From NCBI RefSeq assembly GCF_004010195.1, contig NC_057718.1, forward strand, positions 29,413,206 through 29,477,205: a DNA stretch of 64,000 nucleotides, in the 5' to 3' direction. The position numbers and the translations under genes are program-made. This document shows, in pieces, positions 13,110 to 25,729 of this stretch. Each line of letters opens with the position of its first letter. Within the stretch, counting starts at the first letter, position 1. The DNA is from Chiloscyllium plagiosum (lineage: Eukaryota). The notes beneath the pieces were generated by a model. The model saw only the letters and a list, made by a program, of their open reading frames with translations. It did no database searches and was not told the DNA's origin.

Positions 13110-13592
13110 GGATTCAGAAAGAAACTCCAGAGACTTGTGGACACAGCCCAGTCCATCACCCAAACCAGCCCAGTCCATCACCCAAACCAGCCCAGTCCAT
13201 CATACAAACCAGCCCAGTCCATCATACAAACCAACCTTCAAACCACTGACTTCATCTGTACTTATTGCTGCATCTGGAAAGCAACCAATGCAATCAAAGA
13301 CCCCTCCCACCCTGGTTATATTCTCTTCCACTGTCTTCAGTCGGGCAGAAGCTAAAAAAAAGGTTTTGAATACACATCAAAACAGCTCCTTCCAAACTGT
13401 TATAAAGCTTTTGAATGGAGCTCTTAAGTATTGTTGTTGTTGATCTCTCTCTGCACCTTCTTAGCAGCTATAACATTGTACCCTGTAATCTGTTCTGTTA
13501 CCCTGATGCACTTGTATGATCTGCCTATAAGGCACATAAAACACCAATTTTGTTGTACCTTGGTACATTAAACAGTAATAAATCAAATCAAA
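13110..13592 (+). mobile_element. Rex1/Babar-like LINE 3' fragment containing a 22-bp tandem expansion
   Basis: ORF 13089-13355 RKKLQRLVDTAQSIT...KA..IKDPSHPG..LF..L.SGR; tail aataaatcaaatcaaa. Confidence 0.7.
13144..13231 (+). repeat. 22-bp minisatellite, 4 copies
   Basis: cagcccagtccatcacccaaac x2 then cagcccagtccatcatacaaac x2. Confidence 0.95.
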
Positions 13593-13856
13593 CAATTAGT
13601 GAGAAAAATATTGTTTGTTAGCATTTTATATAAGGAGCAATTTTCTGGAGTAAAGGAGCAATATGGCACAGAACTGTTGTAAGTCAAATCTTAATTCAAC
13701 CTTATCATATCAACAGATTCAAAATTACCAACGCTTAGTGCCTACCAAATGTTTGCATGGTTTTATTATTTTGATGGTATCTCTATATGTTAGGTGCAAA
13801 ATACAAAACATGATCCAATGACAGCTAGTATTTTTCTACTTTTATATTTTTTCTAG

Positions 13857-13994
13857 ATAATTGAATCTATGGACATGGACTCAGAGCCACTGTATATGTG
13901 TTACCTCATCCTGATAGCTATTTGTTTTGGATTCCTGGTCCTCTATTATGTGTCTTTAAGGTTTGTGAAACAGAAATCAAATCAGGATTGGTAA
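13857..13994 (+). CDS. ABCG8: ABCG8 terminal coding exon with TAA stop
   Basis: tttttctag|ata; [45 protein letters not shown], matching the ABCG8 C-terminus (...KQK..QDW); this frame is absent from the ORF track. Confidence 0.96.
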   Translation: MIESMDMDSEPLYMCYLILIAICFGFLVLYYVSLRFVKQKSNQDW

Positions 13995-14284
13995 AATACA
14001 ATTACTGCAGCTATTTCAGACTCCATGTACACGAAGGGAAGCTATTTCAAATAATTCCAAGATTTCTCATTTCCTTTACCAAGAGAGTTGAGGCTGGATA
14101 GTGCTTTAAGCTGGTAGACATTATTATTTTTAACATTATCCATAATAGTGTAATAACAAGCTGGTGATCTGCTGAAACAAGTTTTTTGAATTGATGCTGC
14201 TGAATGTCACAGGAATTCACTGCCTTCAGATATCTCAACGGAGTGGCTATACCTAATGTATACATTTGGGTGCTTCTAATTATT

Positions 14285-15040
14285 TCAAATATATATTTTA
14301 TTCATTAAATATCTTACATATATACATAGTCACCAACAGAGTTTGGTTCTGTACAGTAGCATGTCAAGGAAACAAAAACATTGGAGTTTGACTGTATCCA
14401 ATAAACCAAAAGCTCTCTCTTACACATACGAGATTATTTTTACACGCATTTGAGGCACTGGAAGGGTCTGACAACCAAACAGACCCCCATTTAACTTTGG
14501 CAGAAAGACATCAGACAGTAGTCTTTCCCCACTGTAACTTGGCAGCAGCTACCCCAAGCTTTAGTGCATCCCTCAGCATGGAGTCCTGGACCTTGGAAAG
14601 TGCCAGTCTGAATATTCGATCAGGATGAATTCCTTGTTCTGGATGACCATCAGGTTTCAGGCAGACAAAAGAGTGTCTTTCACCTAGTTGATGGTCCTCC
14701 AGGCGCAGTCAATGTTTGCCTTGGTGTGTGTCCTGGGGAACAGCCTGTACAGCATAGAGTCCTGCATCATGGAGCTGCTTGGGAAGAACCTTGACAAAAA
14801 CTATTGCATCTTTCTCCAGACTTCCTTTGCAAAGGCATATTCCAGAAAGAGATGTGTGACAATCTCTTCACCCCCAGCCTTTTATTTTCAAAGGTTTACT
14901 TCATTAATTAAAAAACTTCACATACACATAATCACAAATGCAGTTCAGTTCAGTACAGTAGCATGTCAAGGAAACAAACAAACATTGGAGTTTGATACTA
15001 TCTAAAAACCAAAGACCTCTTTTTCTCGCATCCCCCTCCC
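14285..15040 (-). mobile_element. Tx1/L1-like LINE 3' fragment plus a second copy of its 3' UTR
   Basis: Minus strand remnants LY.LFP.TH..NID...KD.L.SA.NL..., HFPRSR/KVQD..LRDALKLG.AAAK..WGKT; about 120-bp segment repeated at about 14300-14420 and 14900-15025. Confidence 0.6.
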
Positions 15041-16820
15041 AGATGCTAAGACATTGAACAATGGTAGACTGTTTTATCTCAAATTCACAGCCAAGCCTAG
15101 TCATTTTTAATATCCAGACTGCACTTTTCGGTAAATTTTAAATCCACTTGCTCAACTGCAGTCAAATATGACATATCACAAAACTTGAGCCTGGTCATTT
15201 AAGAATTGGAATCAAAACGTTGGAATCACCTCTCCCAAATGACTGGATACTGGTTTGAGGGACACACATTCAAAATGGAGATCAGATGATTATCATTGCA
15301 AGGATATCAAAGAGATACGGAGTAAAAGTTGTTAAATAGTGTTTAAATTGAGTAAATGAAATTCAGCCATTAATTAATTGAATATTGGTACAGTTCTGAA
15401 GGGCTTAATGGCCTTCTTTCATCCTTTCTTGGTCTGAATGTCAAGTTTCACAGTAGGCCCATGCATATAAACTGAACAATCAGGGATGCATACACAGGGA
15501 TTCAATGTGAATAGAGGATGTTTGTGTACCAGATGGATTTCTGCAGTTTTGCATTCTCTGCAAAGAAAGCAAAGTTGCTTTTACTTCTAATATGATGAAT
15601 GTTTGACACCAGACTTACACATTATAATATTTATTATGATTGTATCTTTATTCTGTTTAGTTAAGTTTGGTGCATGAAATGTTTAACATTGGATAAATAA
15701 GTACAGAAACATCCCATTGTTTTTAGAATTTGGTATGGAATAAACTTCAAGGAACGTTGATTACTTTCTACTATTGTTTCCCTGGGATGCTCTTAAGATC
15801 TTTCTATAAGCAATTCAGTTAAAATATAAAAGTTAAATCAAATATTTGTAATTGACAAAAAAAAATGTTGTGATGGACAAATGCTAATTACATTTTTGTG
15901 CTCTTTGAAGTTAGGGACATTGTATTCCATTTATTTCAGCATAGAGTGGCAATAGCAGGCACATATGTTCTCTCAACTCTGACCAACAATATGCTGCCAC
16001 TTTAAAAATTGAAGGACAGTAATCTGGGAATGGGATTATTGCAAACCATCTATGAGCTCCCTTTAAAAAAAAGACTGTAAATTAATAACGTTGTTGGCCC
16101 TTGATTTAGACTTTGGTAACTGATTGGGGACAGTTGGAACAATTGTATGTCAGGTCTTCTCAGTCTGTGAATTGCTGCCATTTACTGAAGGACCAGCAGA
16201 TGGCAGCAAATTATCACCTAAAAATCTCTACTTGAGGAATTGTACAACTTCAGGAAGTAGTAGACTATATTGCTGCCAAATACCCATTGTTTATTTGGGA
16301 CATATTTTTAAAAAAGACAACAAAATTAAAATAATAATTTCCTATCTTCCTCCCAGTTAACAGCATGCCCACTTCACCATTTAAATGAATTGCAGAAAAT
16401 TTTACATCAGGGAACTAATGTGTGCACTTTTTTTTTAAAATGGTGTTCAAAACCTCTGAGCACCAGGATTGAAATTCATACGAATTGCTTTGCATACGTA
16501 TTGGTCCTGTGAAAGTTTATCACTGCTGATAGCAAAGGCTGTGTGTATCTATTGACTGTCACTTTCCGAGTTCAGGACTGGTAATTGGATGAGGCTAGAA
16601 AACAGCTGATACTCAGGCCACTTTGTTAAATTGAGTTATTTCTATTCAGAAAGATTTAACAGCAAAGAAAAGCTTCCTAACCTAAAAAATATTGGCTCCA
16701 AAACAGACAAATTTAAAATAAAACTTAAGAAACACTTTACATTTCAGAAACAAATGATCTTGTGAGGATGTTTCAGAAGTGGAGTAAGCTAAGCAGCCCA
16801 CTGATCCAGCTGCACCTTTC

Positions 16821-17130
16821 TAGATTAGATTAGATTACAGTGTGGAAACAGGCCCTTCGGCCCAACAAGTCCACACCGACCCGAAGCGAAACCCACCCAT
16901 ACCCCTACATTTACCCCTTACCTAACACTATGGGCAATTTAGTATGGCCAATTCACCTGACCCTGCACATCTTTGGACTGTGGGAGGAAACCGGAGCACC
17001 CGGAGGAAACCCACGCAGACACGGGGAGAACGTGCAAACTCCACACAGTCAGTCGCCTGAGGCGGGAATTGAACCCGGGTCTCTGGCGCTGTGAGGCAGC
17101 AGTGCTAACCACTGTGCCACCGTGCCGCCC
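16821..17130 (-). mobile_element. HE1/V-SINE-type tRNA-derived SINE, young full-length copy
   Basis: Minus strand begins GGGCGGCACGGTGGCACAGTGGTTAGCACTG (A box), GGTTCAATTCC (B box), V-domain-like core, (TAATC)n tail. Confidence 0.88.
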
Positions 17131-17619
17131 TCGGCTGATCATCATCTCAATGCCATTTTCCTGTGTTTCCATATCCCTGAATGTCAGCAAACTTGAGAAA
17201 CATATTACTTTCTGCTTTGAATTTACTCAATGAGTTGATATAATCTTCTGGTCAAATTAAACCTCCATTTTATTGTTGAGAAAGAAGGAACACCTTGAAG
17301 CATTGGTGCCACAAAAGGATTGGAATCAGATGGAAATACTTGAGAAAGTTGAGTGTGGCAGTGGGAAAAGCTCACTTATTAATTTTTGGACTCACTTTAT
17401 ATCTCTGTTTGCTCCCAGCCCACCCAAATCCACATAACTGCACTGTTTCCAATCAGCAGTTGTCTCTCATTGCAGGGAGGATGTTTATTTAGGGTTGTAA
17501 ACTTCTGCTGTGGGTCTTCTTGTGACTCAATATTTGGGAGAATGGGGCAACTTGTCCCATATCCTGAGTGGGGTCTTGAGAGCTTCCTTTTCAGCCACAT
17601 CATTAAGGCTAAAGGCTGA

Positions 17620-18640
17620 AAAATAAACATGATGGCACTTGATTGACTACCTGTCACCATTTTGAGCAATTTGTAGCAAGCTGCTCTCAGTTTTTCATGT
17701 CAATGGTGCCAGTCTTCAAGGAGAACTTTAGACTGCCTTTGTTATGTCTTCATTTCCTTCCCCTAGAACACAAGCCACTTGAGTTCAGAAAGCAGGGCCT
17801 GGCAAAGAAAATGCTGTTCAGCCATTCAGAGTACAGAGTCCAGTCCATCATTGTTCATTTTGTAGGAGTTTTAGCCAAATATCTGGCTTCAAGAAGGACT
17901 CCACTATTATTCAAGGTCCTTTCCACTGAATGTCTCTATCATTGATGCATAGGAGCACTAGAGTCCAGGTCACACTGCAGTACAGAGTTTTGCTAACAAC
18001 TACTGTGTCTACTCGTACCATTGTTGACGTGTGGAGGTCTTTGTGTCAAAGACGCACTACTGAGCCAACACACCTGATCTAGTGTTGGATCTCCCTAATC
18101 AAGTGACGTTTTGAGATAGGCAACTGCCAAGGGAAGTACGTAACTATCATAAGTCTCTCTTTCCATATATGTATAAAATGTAATATATAGAGTAGTGGAA
18201 TATTTGACTAACTGCGTTTATAGGAGCTTTGTTTGGCAACATTCAAGGACAGATCAAGTCTGATTGCAAGTCTGAAGATATGATGACTGATGTGCTAATC
18301 TGGTGCAGAGTGGTCAATCACAGTGCAGTCATCCAGATACCGTAGGTCACATATGTTTGTGTTGGCTACATGTTTTAACCACATAAGTCTCCGTGCCAAG
18401 AGCTTTCCATTTAGCCAATATTTATTACTCACTCCAAAAGGCAATCGATCCAGCGTAAAAGGAGGTGCAGAGCAGGGGAGCACAAGCAATCATTTAAGGA
18501 CCTCCAACAGTAGATGGTGACAGTGAAGGAGCTGCAGTCAAATGGACCCTCTGTGGGGAGAAATGACCGTATTTTGGGAAAGGAGGCCTCATGGGGAAGC
18601 AGCAAGCAAAAAATATTCCACAACCCACAGGCTCCTTATT
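17620..18640 (-). mobile_element. RTE-clade LINE, 3' (RT) part, decayed
   Basis: ORF 18295-18489 NGKLL.RRL...ICDLRYLDDCTVIDHS resembles the RTE RT 'GKLFNLRRL...LLFADDCAL.AHS' segment. Confidence 0.65.
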
Positions 18641-18662
18641 CAACTTTAATTTCCCTTATATT

Positions 18663-21600
18663 TATAAGACCATAAGGCATAGGAGTGGAAGTAAGGCCAT
18701 TCAGCCCATCGAGCCCACTCCACCATTTAATCATGGCTGATGGGCACTTCAACTCCACTTACCCGCACTCTCCCCGGGGCCCTTAATTTCTTGCGAGATC
18801 AAGAATTTATCAATCTCTGCCTTGAAGACATTTAATGTCCCGGCCTCCACTGCGTTCTGTGGCAATGAATTCCACAGGCCCACCACTCTCTGGATGAAGA
18901 AATGTCTCCTCATTTCCATTCTAAATTGACCCCCTCTAATTCTAAGGCTGTGCCCACGGGTCCTAGTCTCCCCGCCTAATGGAAACAACTTCCTAGCGTC
19001 CACCCTTTCTGAGCCATGCATTATCTTGTAAGTTTCTATTAGATCTCCCCTCAACCTTCTAAACTCTAATGAATACAATTCCAGGATCCTCAGCCATTCA
19101 TCATATGTTAGGCCTACCATTCCAGTGATCATCCATGTGAATCTCTGCTGGACACGCACCAGTGCCAGTATGTCCTTCCTGAGATGTGGAACCCAAACTT
19201 GGACACAGTATTCTAAATGTGGCCTAACTAGAGCTTTATAAAGTCTCAGAAGCACATCGCTGCTTTTATATTCTCTTGATATAATTGACAACATTACATT
19301 CGCTTTCTTAATCACGGATTCAGCCTGCAAGTTAACCTTTAGAGAATCCTGGACTAACACTCCCAGATCCCTATGTACTTTGGCTTTATGAATTTTCTCA
19401 CTGTTTAGAAAATAGTCCATGCCTGTATTCTTTTTCCCAAAGTGCAAGACCTCATATTTGCTCACATTGAATTTCATCAGCCATTTCTTGGACCACTCTC
19501 CTCAACTGTCTAAAACTTTCTGCAGGGTGAAAGTGAGGACTGCAGATGCTGGAAATTAGAGTCAAGAGTGGTGCTGGAAAAGCACAGCCGGCCAGGCAAC
19601 ACCCGAGGAGCAGGAAAATTAACATTTCAGGCAAAAGCCCTCCTGATGAAGGGCTTTTGCTTGAAACATTGACTTTCCTGGTCCTGCCTGACCTAAATCT
19701 TTCAGTAGCCCCCCTACCTCCTCAGTACTACCTGCCTATCCACCTAACTTCGTATCATCAGCAAACTTTGTCAGGATGCCCCCAGTCCCTTCATCCAGAT
19801 CATTAATATATAAAGTGAACAGCTGCGGCCACAACACTAAACCCTGCGGAACACCACTTGACACCAGTTGCCATTCCGAAAAAGAACCTTTTATCCCAAC
19901 TCTCTGCCTTCTGTCAGACAGCCAATCCTCAATCCATGACCAGGGACCTCACCTTACTCAGCAGCCTCCCGTGAGGCACTTTATCAAAGGCCTTTTGGAA
20001 GTCTAGATAGATAATATCCACTGGGTTTCCCTGGTCTAACCTACATGTTACCTCTTCAAAGAATTCTAACAGGTTTGTCAGGCACGACTCCTTACTAAAT
20101 CCATGCTGACTTGTTCTAATCTGACTCTGCACTTACAAGAATTTAGAAATCTCATCCTTAATGATGGATTCTAGAATTTTACCAATAACTGAGGTTAGGA
20201 TAATTGGCCTATAATTTTCCATCTTTTGTCTTGTTCCTTTCTTGCACAAGGGGGTCACAACATTGATTTTACAATCATCTGTGACTTTCCCTGACTCCAG
20301 TGACTTCTGAAAGATCACAACCAATGTCTCCAGGTCAGGAGATTTATCAGTTTTTAGATCTTTTAGCTTTTCTAGCACTTTGTCTTTTGTAATGGTTGCC
20401 ATACTGAACTCCGCCCCCTAAATCTCCTTAATTGTTGGGATATTACTCATATCTTCCACTGTGAAGACTGACACAAAGTTCTTATTAAGTTCTTCAGCTA
20501 TTTCCTTTTCTCCCATCACTCACCTTCCAGCAGCAATTTGGAGCAGCCCAATGATTACTTTTGCCTCTGGTTTGTTTCTTATGTATTGAAAGAAACTTTT
20601 ACTATCACTTCTAATATTACTGGCTAGCCTACCTTCATATTTGATCCTCTCCTTTCTTATTTCTCTCTTTGTTATCCTCTGTTTGTTTTTGTAGACTTCC
20701 CAATCTTCTGATTTCCCAGTGCTCTTGGCCACTGTATAGGCGCTCTGTTTTTCTATGATACTTTCCTGACTTCCTTTATCAACCATGGTTGTCTAATCCA
20801 CCAACAACCAATGCCCACCCCCCACCCCCCCCCCCCCCCCCTTTCCCGGATAATCGTTCTTTTCTTTGGGATGAACCTCGTACTGTGTTCTCAATTACAC
20901 CCAGAAACCCCTGCCCTTATTGTTCTACTGTCTTCCCTGCTAGGCTCTGCTTCCAATCTATTTTCGTCAGTTCCTCTCTCATGCCCTTGTAATTACCTTT
21001 ATTTAACTGTAACACCATTACATCTGATTTTGTCTTCTCTCTTTCAAACTGCAGTCTGAACTCTACCATATTATGATCGCTGCCTCTTATGTCTTCCCTT
21101 ACTTTAAGATCTTTTATAAAGTCTGGTTCATTACATAGCACTAGGTCCAGAATAGCCTGCTCCCTTGTGGGCTCCATCACAAGCTGTTCCAAAAAGCCAT
21201 CCTGTAGGCATTCCATGAATTCCCTTTCTTTGGATCCACTGGCAACATTATTCACCCACTCCAATGGCATATTGAAGTCCCCCATGATCACCGTGACCTT
21301 GCCTTTTTGACATGCCCTATCTATTTCCTGGTACATCTTGTGCCGCTGGTCCTGACCACTGCTGGGAGGTCTGTACGTAACTCCCATTATGGTTTCTTCA
21401 CCTTTGTGGTTCCTCAACTCCACCCACACAGACTCCACATTATCTGACCCTGTCATTCAGTGCCATAGATTTAATTTCATTCTTAACTAACAAGGCAACC
21501 CTACCCCCTCTGCCCATCTCTCTGTCCTTTCAATAAATTGTAAATCCTTGGATGTTTAACTGCCCGTCCTGATCCCCCTGCAACCATGTCTCTGTGATGC

Positions 21601-22145
21601 CTACCACATCATCATCATTCACCATAATTTGTGCTGTTAATTCATCTACTTTGTTACAAATACTTCGAGCACTCAGGTAAAGTGCCTTAATGCTAACTTT
21701 CTTATCATTATTAGAGATATTGAAAATCATAAGATGTTCTTAGTTATCTTCCTTTTTGTTGCATTCCTAGTCTGCCTTGAACTTAAACCCACCTGCATAC
21801 ATGCTATCCTGCTGCTTATCTTTCTGTTTAACTCCACACTCCCTCTTTCCCTTTCCCCTAGCTCAGAAGTTTAAGTGCCTACTGACCATCCGATTTACCC
21901 TTTTCGCTAGAATACTGGTTCCAGATCGGTTCAGGTGAAGACTGTTCCATCGGTACAGATCCCCCCAGTTCCAAAACTGATGCCAATGTCCCATGAAATG
22001 GAATTCCTCTTTCCCACACCTTGGCACCGGTGTGCTCAGAGACCAAGGCTGGCTTCAAGCTAAGTGCTTAAATAGCAATCACTTGCCTTCCCAACAGCGT
22101 CCTGCTCTGACCTCACTTCTGCCCAGCTCCCGCCACTCTCTGCTG
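18663..22145 (-). mobile_element. Near full-length, internally deleted CR1-clade LINE
   Basis: ORF 18749-19477 is the RT C-terminus (LYKALVRPHLEYCVQ.W.P); 19929-20132 has YLDFQKAFDKVPH; 20917-21730 is APE endonuclease (VGITETWL, MGDFN, SDHN); about 21870-22020 resembles the ORF1 esterase end; frameshifts and stops present. Confidence 0.92.
19526..19692. mobile_element. Palindromic family A Penelope-derived element nested in a CR1 LINE
   Basis: Same gaggactgcagatgctgga start as other copies; ctgatgaagggcttttgcttgaaac core on +; flanked by ctaaaactttctgcag / ctaaatctttcagtag. Confidence 0.75.
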
Positions 22146-22199
22146 AAAAAAGACCGATTATAATGACCTGATTTCAGCAGAACAAAAAAATCCCTGCTT

Positions 22200-24450
22200 C
22201 GTGATCCTTGGGCCTTCCATATGTTCAAATTTTTCAATGTTCATTGTCGGACACATTGTTAATAATATGAGGGCTTTCAGAAAGCTTTGCTTGATGCAGA
22301 TCCAGTTTTTGATGGCATTGGTTTCATGTCTTTCATGAGTTATATTATAAAAGCCACAGACACTTGCGATTTACTAATGAGAAGCTTTGGTCAGTTTGCT
22401 CAATGCAATGAAGAATTTCTGATGATGGTTTTGACATTTGTCTCATGACAAAGACCATGGCAGAAGTTCCTCTGGAAGGTCCAAAGCCCCACTATGTCCC
22501 TGAAAGGATTCCCTCCGGAAGCAGGTGATTCAGGACAATGCATGTAAGAATTTCACCTCTGGGAAATGCTTTGATAATATCCACAGCATGAATCATCTGC
22601 TTTCTTGAAGATCATTAAGTTTTCACTGTCCCAAATCCTAAAAATGACTTCATGAAGTCATGATATAAACAAATGCCTATCAATTCTGAAGACCTTAGGT
22701 GGAATACTGTCAGGCCACAGGCATTGTTAGTTTCCATCCATTTTGTTGCTTGCTTCTGTTCTCCCAAAGCTAGTGCTTCACTCATGAATTCTACAATACT
22801 GGGTGATAGCCTGGATTCATAGTTAAGGAGTTATTGGATTTTCTTTTTGCCCCAGCATTGAAAGATGGAATGGACATCCTTAAGAGGAGATGCACCATTC
22901 GGAGTGCAAAAAGGATATTGTCAATTTGACCTTGGTCTGTCAATGGCCCTGGTGACTTCACAAAAACCTTGCATGTTGTGACAATCAATCAATCAGTAAA
23001 CTGTTGGATTTCTCAGGCACTCTTCCTGTGGTTTGCTTTTAATGGCCCAGATGTGTCCTCGGACATCAGCCTTAGGCTGACCAATGCTGCCTTCTTGACT
23101 TGTGACCTTGGGTTGATCTGCCAGGCACTGAAGGCAGCTTATTTTTGTTCTAGATCTTGCTTCTACAGTCAAGACAACGATCACCTTCATCTTGGAATTT
23201 TGCTCCTGCAATGACTTTGAATCTAACATCCATGTGGATCAAGTGTACCGACATAGCAGGGCAAAGCTTAATTGTAGCCTTGTGAAAATAGAAATATCCA
23301 CGTGCACATGTTCAGTAGCTCATGTCATAGTGAATTCAGATCACGTGGAGCCTGTGAGTGTACAGCTGCAGAAGCACGTCCTTTCCCATCATGCCTTGTA
23401 AGTAGTTACATTAATAAAGCTGGATAAAGTGATGGGGGTGTGGACAATGCCTTTTTACAGATATCGATTCAGTCTTTAACTCAAAAGACATAATCCAGGT
23501 GCTTTAGACTTGGATGCCTCAGTGTGGTTTGGTTTTGGTGGAAGTGTGTGTTTCCTATAATGATGAGACACTGAACACATTCGGCCAGCAGTAGGACACT
23601 ATTCCATTGTTTTTTACCCTGGTATTTTCCCCAATGGTTCCTCTTCAGACAGAGTCACAACCAATCTTGGAATTAACGGATATTTTTTTTTCTTTTGGGA
23701 TGGCAGAGAGCACTTCATGAAAGTCAGAAAATTTCCTTGATGCTTTATCAAGGGACATAAGCACATAACTATAATTATCATGTATGATGGTGGTGGAGTG
23801 TGTGGGGGTGAGCGTGTCGGTGTGAGTGGTGTGGGGCAGTGTGTGAGGTAATGGTGGAGTGTGTGGGGGTGAGATTGAGGGTGGGTGTGGTGTGGGGCAG
23901 TGTGTGTGATGGTGGTCGGGAGGTGTGGTGTCATAATCGCTTCATTATACAATTGGAATTCTGGAGTATATCCAAAATCCTGCTGTGTGTAGCACAGCCA
24001 ACAGCTTTCAGGGTCAACATGAGGCTTTCCCCTCCAGTAGAAGGTGCATCTTTCTGCTTGCTCCTTCGACTACCCTTCCGCAGGAAGGCTGGTCTCACTT
24101 AGGGCAGCGATATCCATTGGGAGCCCTGACAGCTCACGTGATATACTTGTAGTTTGTTTTTCTCGGTTGTCACTCTTGAAATTGTTGGCGTATTCTAACG
24201 TGCCAAACCTCAAAATTTGAAATTTTCTTTTTTTGACCATGAAGGGGTGCAGTTCCCCAGCCAGGACAAAGTGGGACAACCTTATTTTTAAGAGCACCTC
24301 TTCTCACCCCTTTCCTATTTTGGGTGAGTTGAGGATGGCCAGAAGATAATTACCGAGTCACAAATGCTGCTGCCCAAACCAAATCTCTGCCCCAACATTG
24401 GCAACAGATACATGAAGGCTGTTGGATGCCTATGTGTCCGAGACTCTCAG
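22200..24450 (-). mobile_element. RTE-clade LINE, 5' (endonuclease) part, decayed
   Basis: ORF 24070-24297 ...LRFGT...SRELSGLPMDIAALSET.L.AEG is an RTE-type APE N-terminus. Confidence 0.65.
23785..23930 (+). repeat. GT-rich low-complexity repeat
   Basis: Repeated atggtggagtgtgtgggggtgag / gtggtgtggggcagtgtgtg units. Confidence 0.8.
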
Positions 24451-25729
24451 GTTCACAGCCTTGTCCCCATCACCAGTTTGCCATAACACAAATTGGTAAA
24501 ATGTTGCAAACTGATAAAAGACAATGCATGATACATTATTTGTAGAGTGTGGCAACTGACATTAACAACAGCCCAAAAGAATATTCAAATTCCTGGATCT
24601 GAATTGCTAATGCTAAGGAAATGACAGGTGAGAGATTTGGGATGATAAGAACAAGACAAGTCTCAGACCCGGAGAAGCGATACCTACTTTGAAGGGGGCA
24701 TTTTCTTACCAGAATAAGTCAGTCTTATTCCAAAGAATAAGAGGCAACAGTCCTGCTAAATTGCTGATTATACAGCCTCTGTTACATCTTTGCCAACGTA
24801 ACCATTTTAAATAATCTGAGAAAATAAGAATTCTGCAAACATGAATTGGAGTACACAGATGGAAAATAGCACCACTCACGAATATAAACTAATAGCTTTA
24901 ATCCATTGGAGCAGATACAAACATACTGTGCTAATTCTGATTTAAATCAGTAAGAGTTACCAGGCTCTGAAAGTGTACATTACTTATCCAGTGTAACAGT
25001 AAAAACTTCAAAAATAAAATGGCATGGATGATAACCATTTCTGTGTTTCTTTCAGAAATTTCATTGCATTTGATAAGAATTCACAGATATTTATTCAATT
25101 AAGAAATATTAAGGACCATTTGCTCTCCCATCTCTGCAGCACAATGAACTTGTTTCTTGTTATCACTCCATTGCTGAAAGATGTGCCTTTTCACACTTTG
25201 AAGTTTCATAATTTAATTGCTACATGTCCAAGTAAAAAATGTCAGCTTCCAAATTCAGTTCATATGAAAAATGAATTAAAAGATGAAACAATCAAGTTCC
25301 CAGAGATACTGGAGAAAAATTACATTTAAAAATACAAAAAGAAAAGCTATTGTATTGCAACATGCAGTAATTCTGCTGCCTATTAGCTTCCACATAATTG
25401 TAGGTGGGGAGGAAGGACAAATTATGTAAACAGTGGCCTTTAATATCTGGCTCCTGCCTGATTGAGATGTCATTTTTATTGTTACCTCATGATGTCAAAG
25501 CAGTTTATTTTCAGACCCCTCTTTCAAAAAGAGAGAGGAACATCTGGTTAGTGACAGGATTGAGAGTTAGTTAATAACAGAAGAAAATAGTATTGAGTGC
25601 AATGTGGCAGGTCCCATTAAAATGTCACATCAAGGAATTTGGCTGATCCAGAATGTGGCATATACCATATTCTTAGGAAGCAATGCAGACTACTCAACAA
25701 ATAATGCTTACATTCTGCTGTTGTTGAGA

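Noticed and set aside
13144..13231. CRISPR-like or repeat-protein locus
   Set aside because: Head-to-tail tandem units without spacers, inside a LINE remnant in eukaryotic DNA
17055..17130. tRNA gene
   Set aside because: A and B boxes are present but continue into a SINE body; it is a tRNA-derived SINE head
16840..17233. Overlapping ORFs repeated almost exactly at 47795-48167
   Set aside because: Incidental frames within GC-rich SINE copies, not a duplicated gene
18749..19477. 242-aa ORF as a functional host gene or active LINE
   Set aside because: Only the RT C-terminal part; the upstream element has stops, deletions and a nested insertion
20789..21059. Polyproline ORFs
   Set aside because: Produced by a poly-C tract on the antisense strand of the CR1 LINE
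23614..23952. His/Pro/Thr-rich ORF
   Set aside because: Translation of a GT-rich low-complexity repeat
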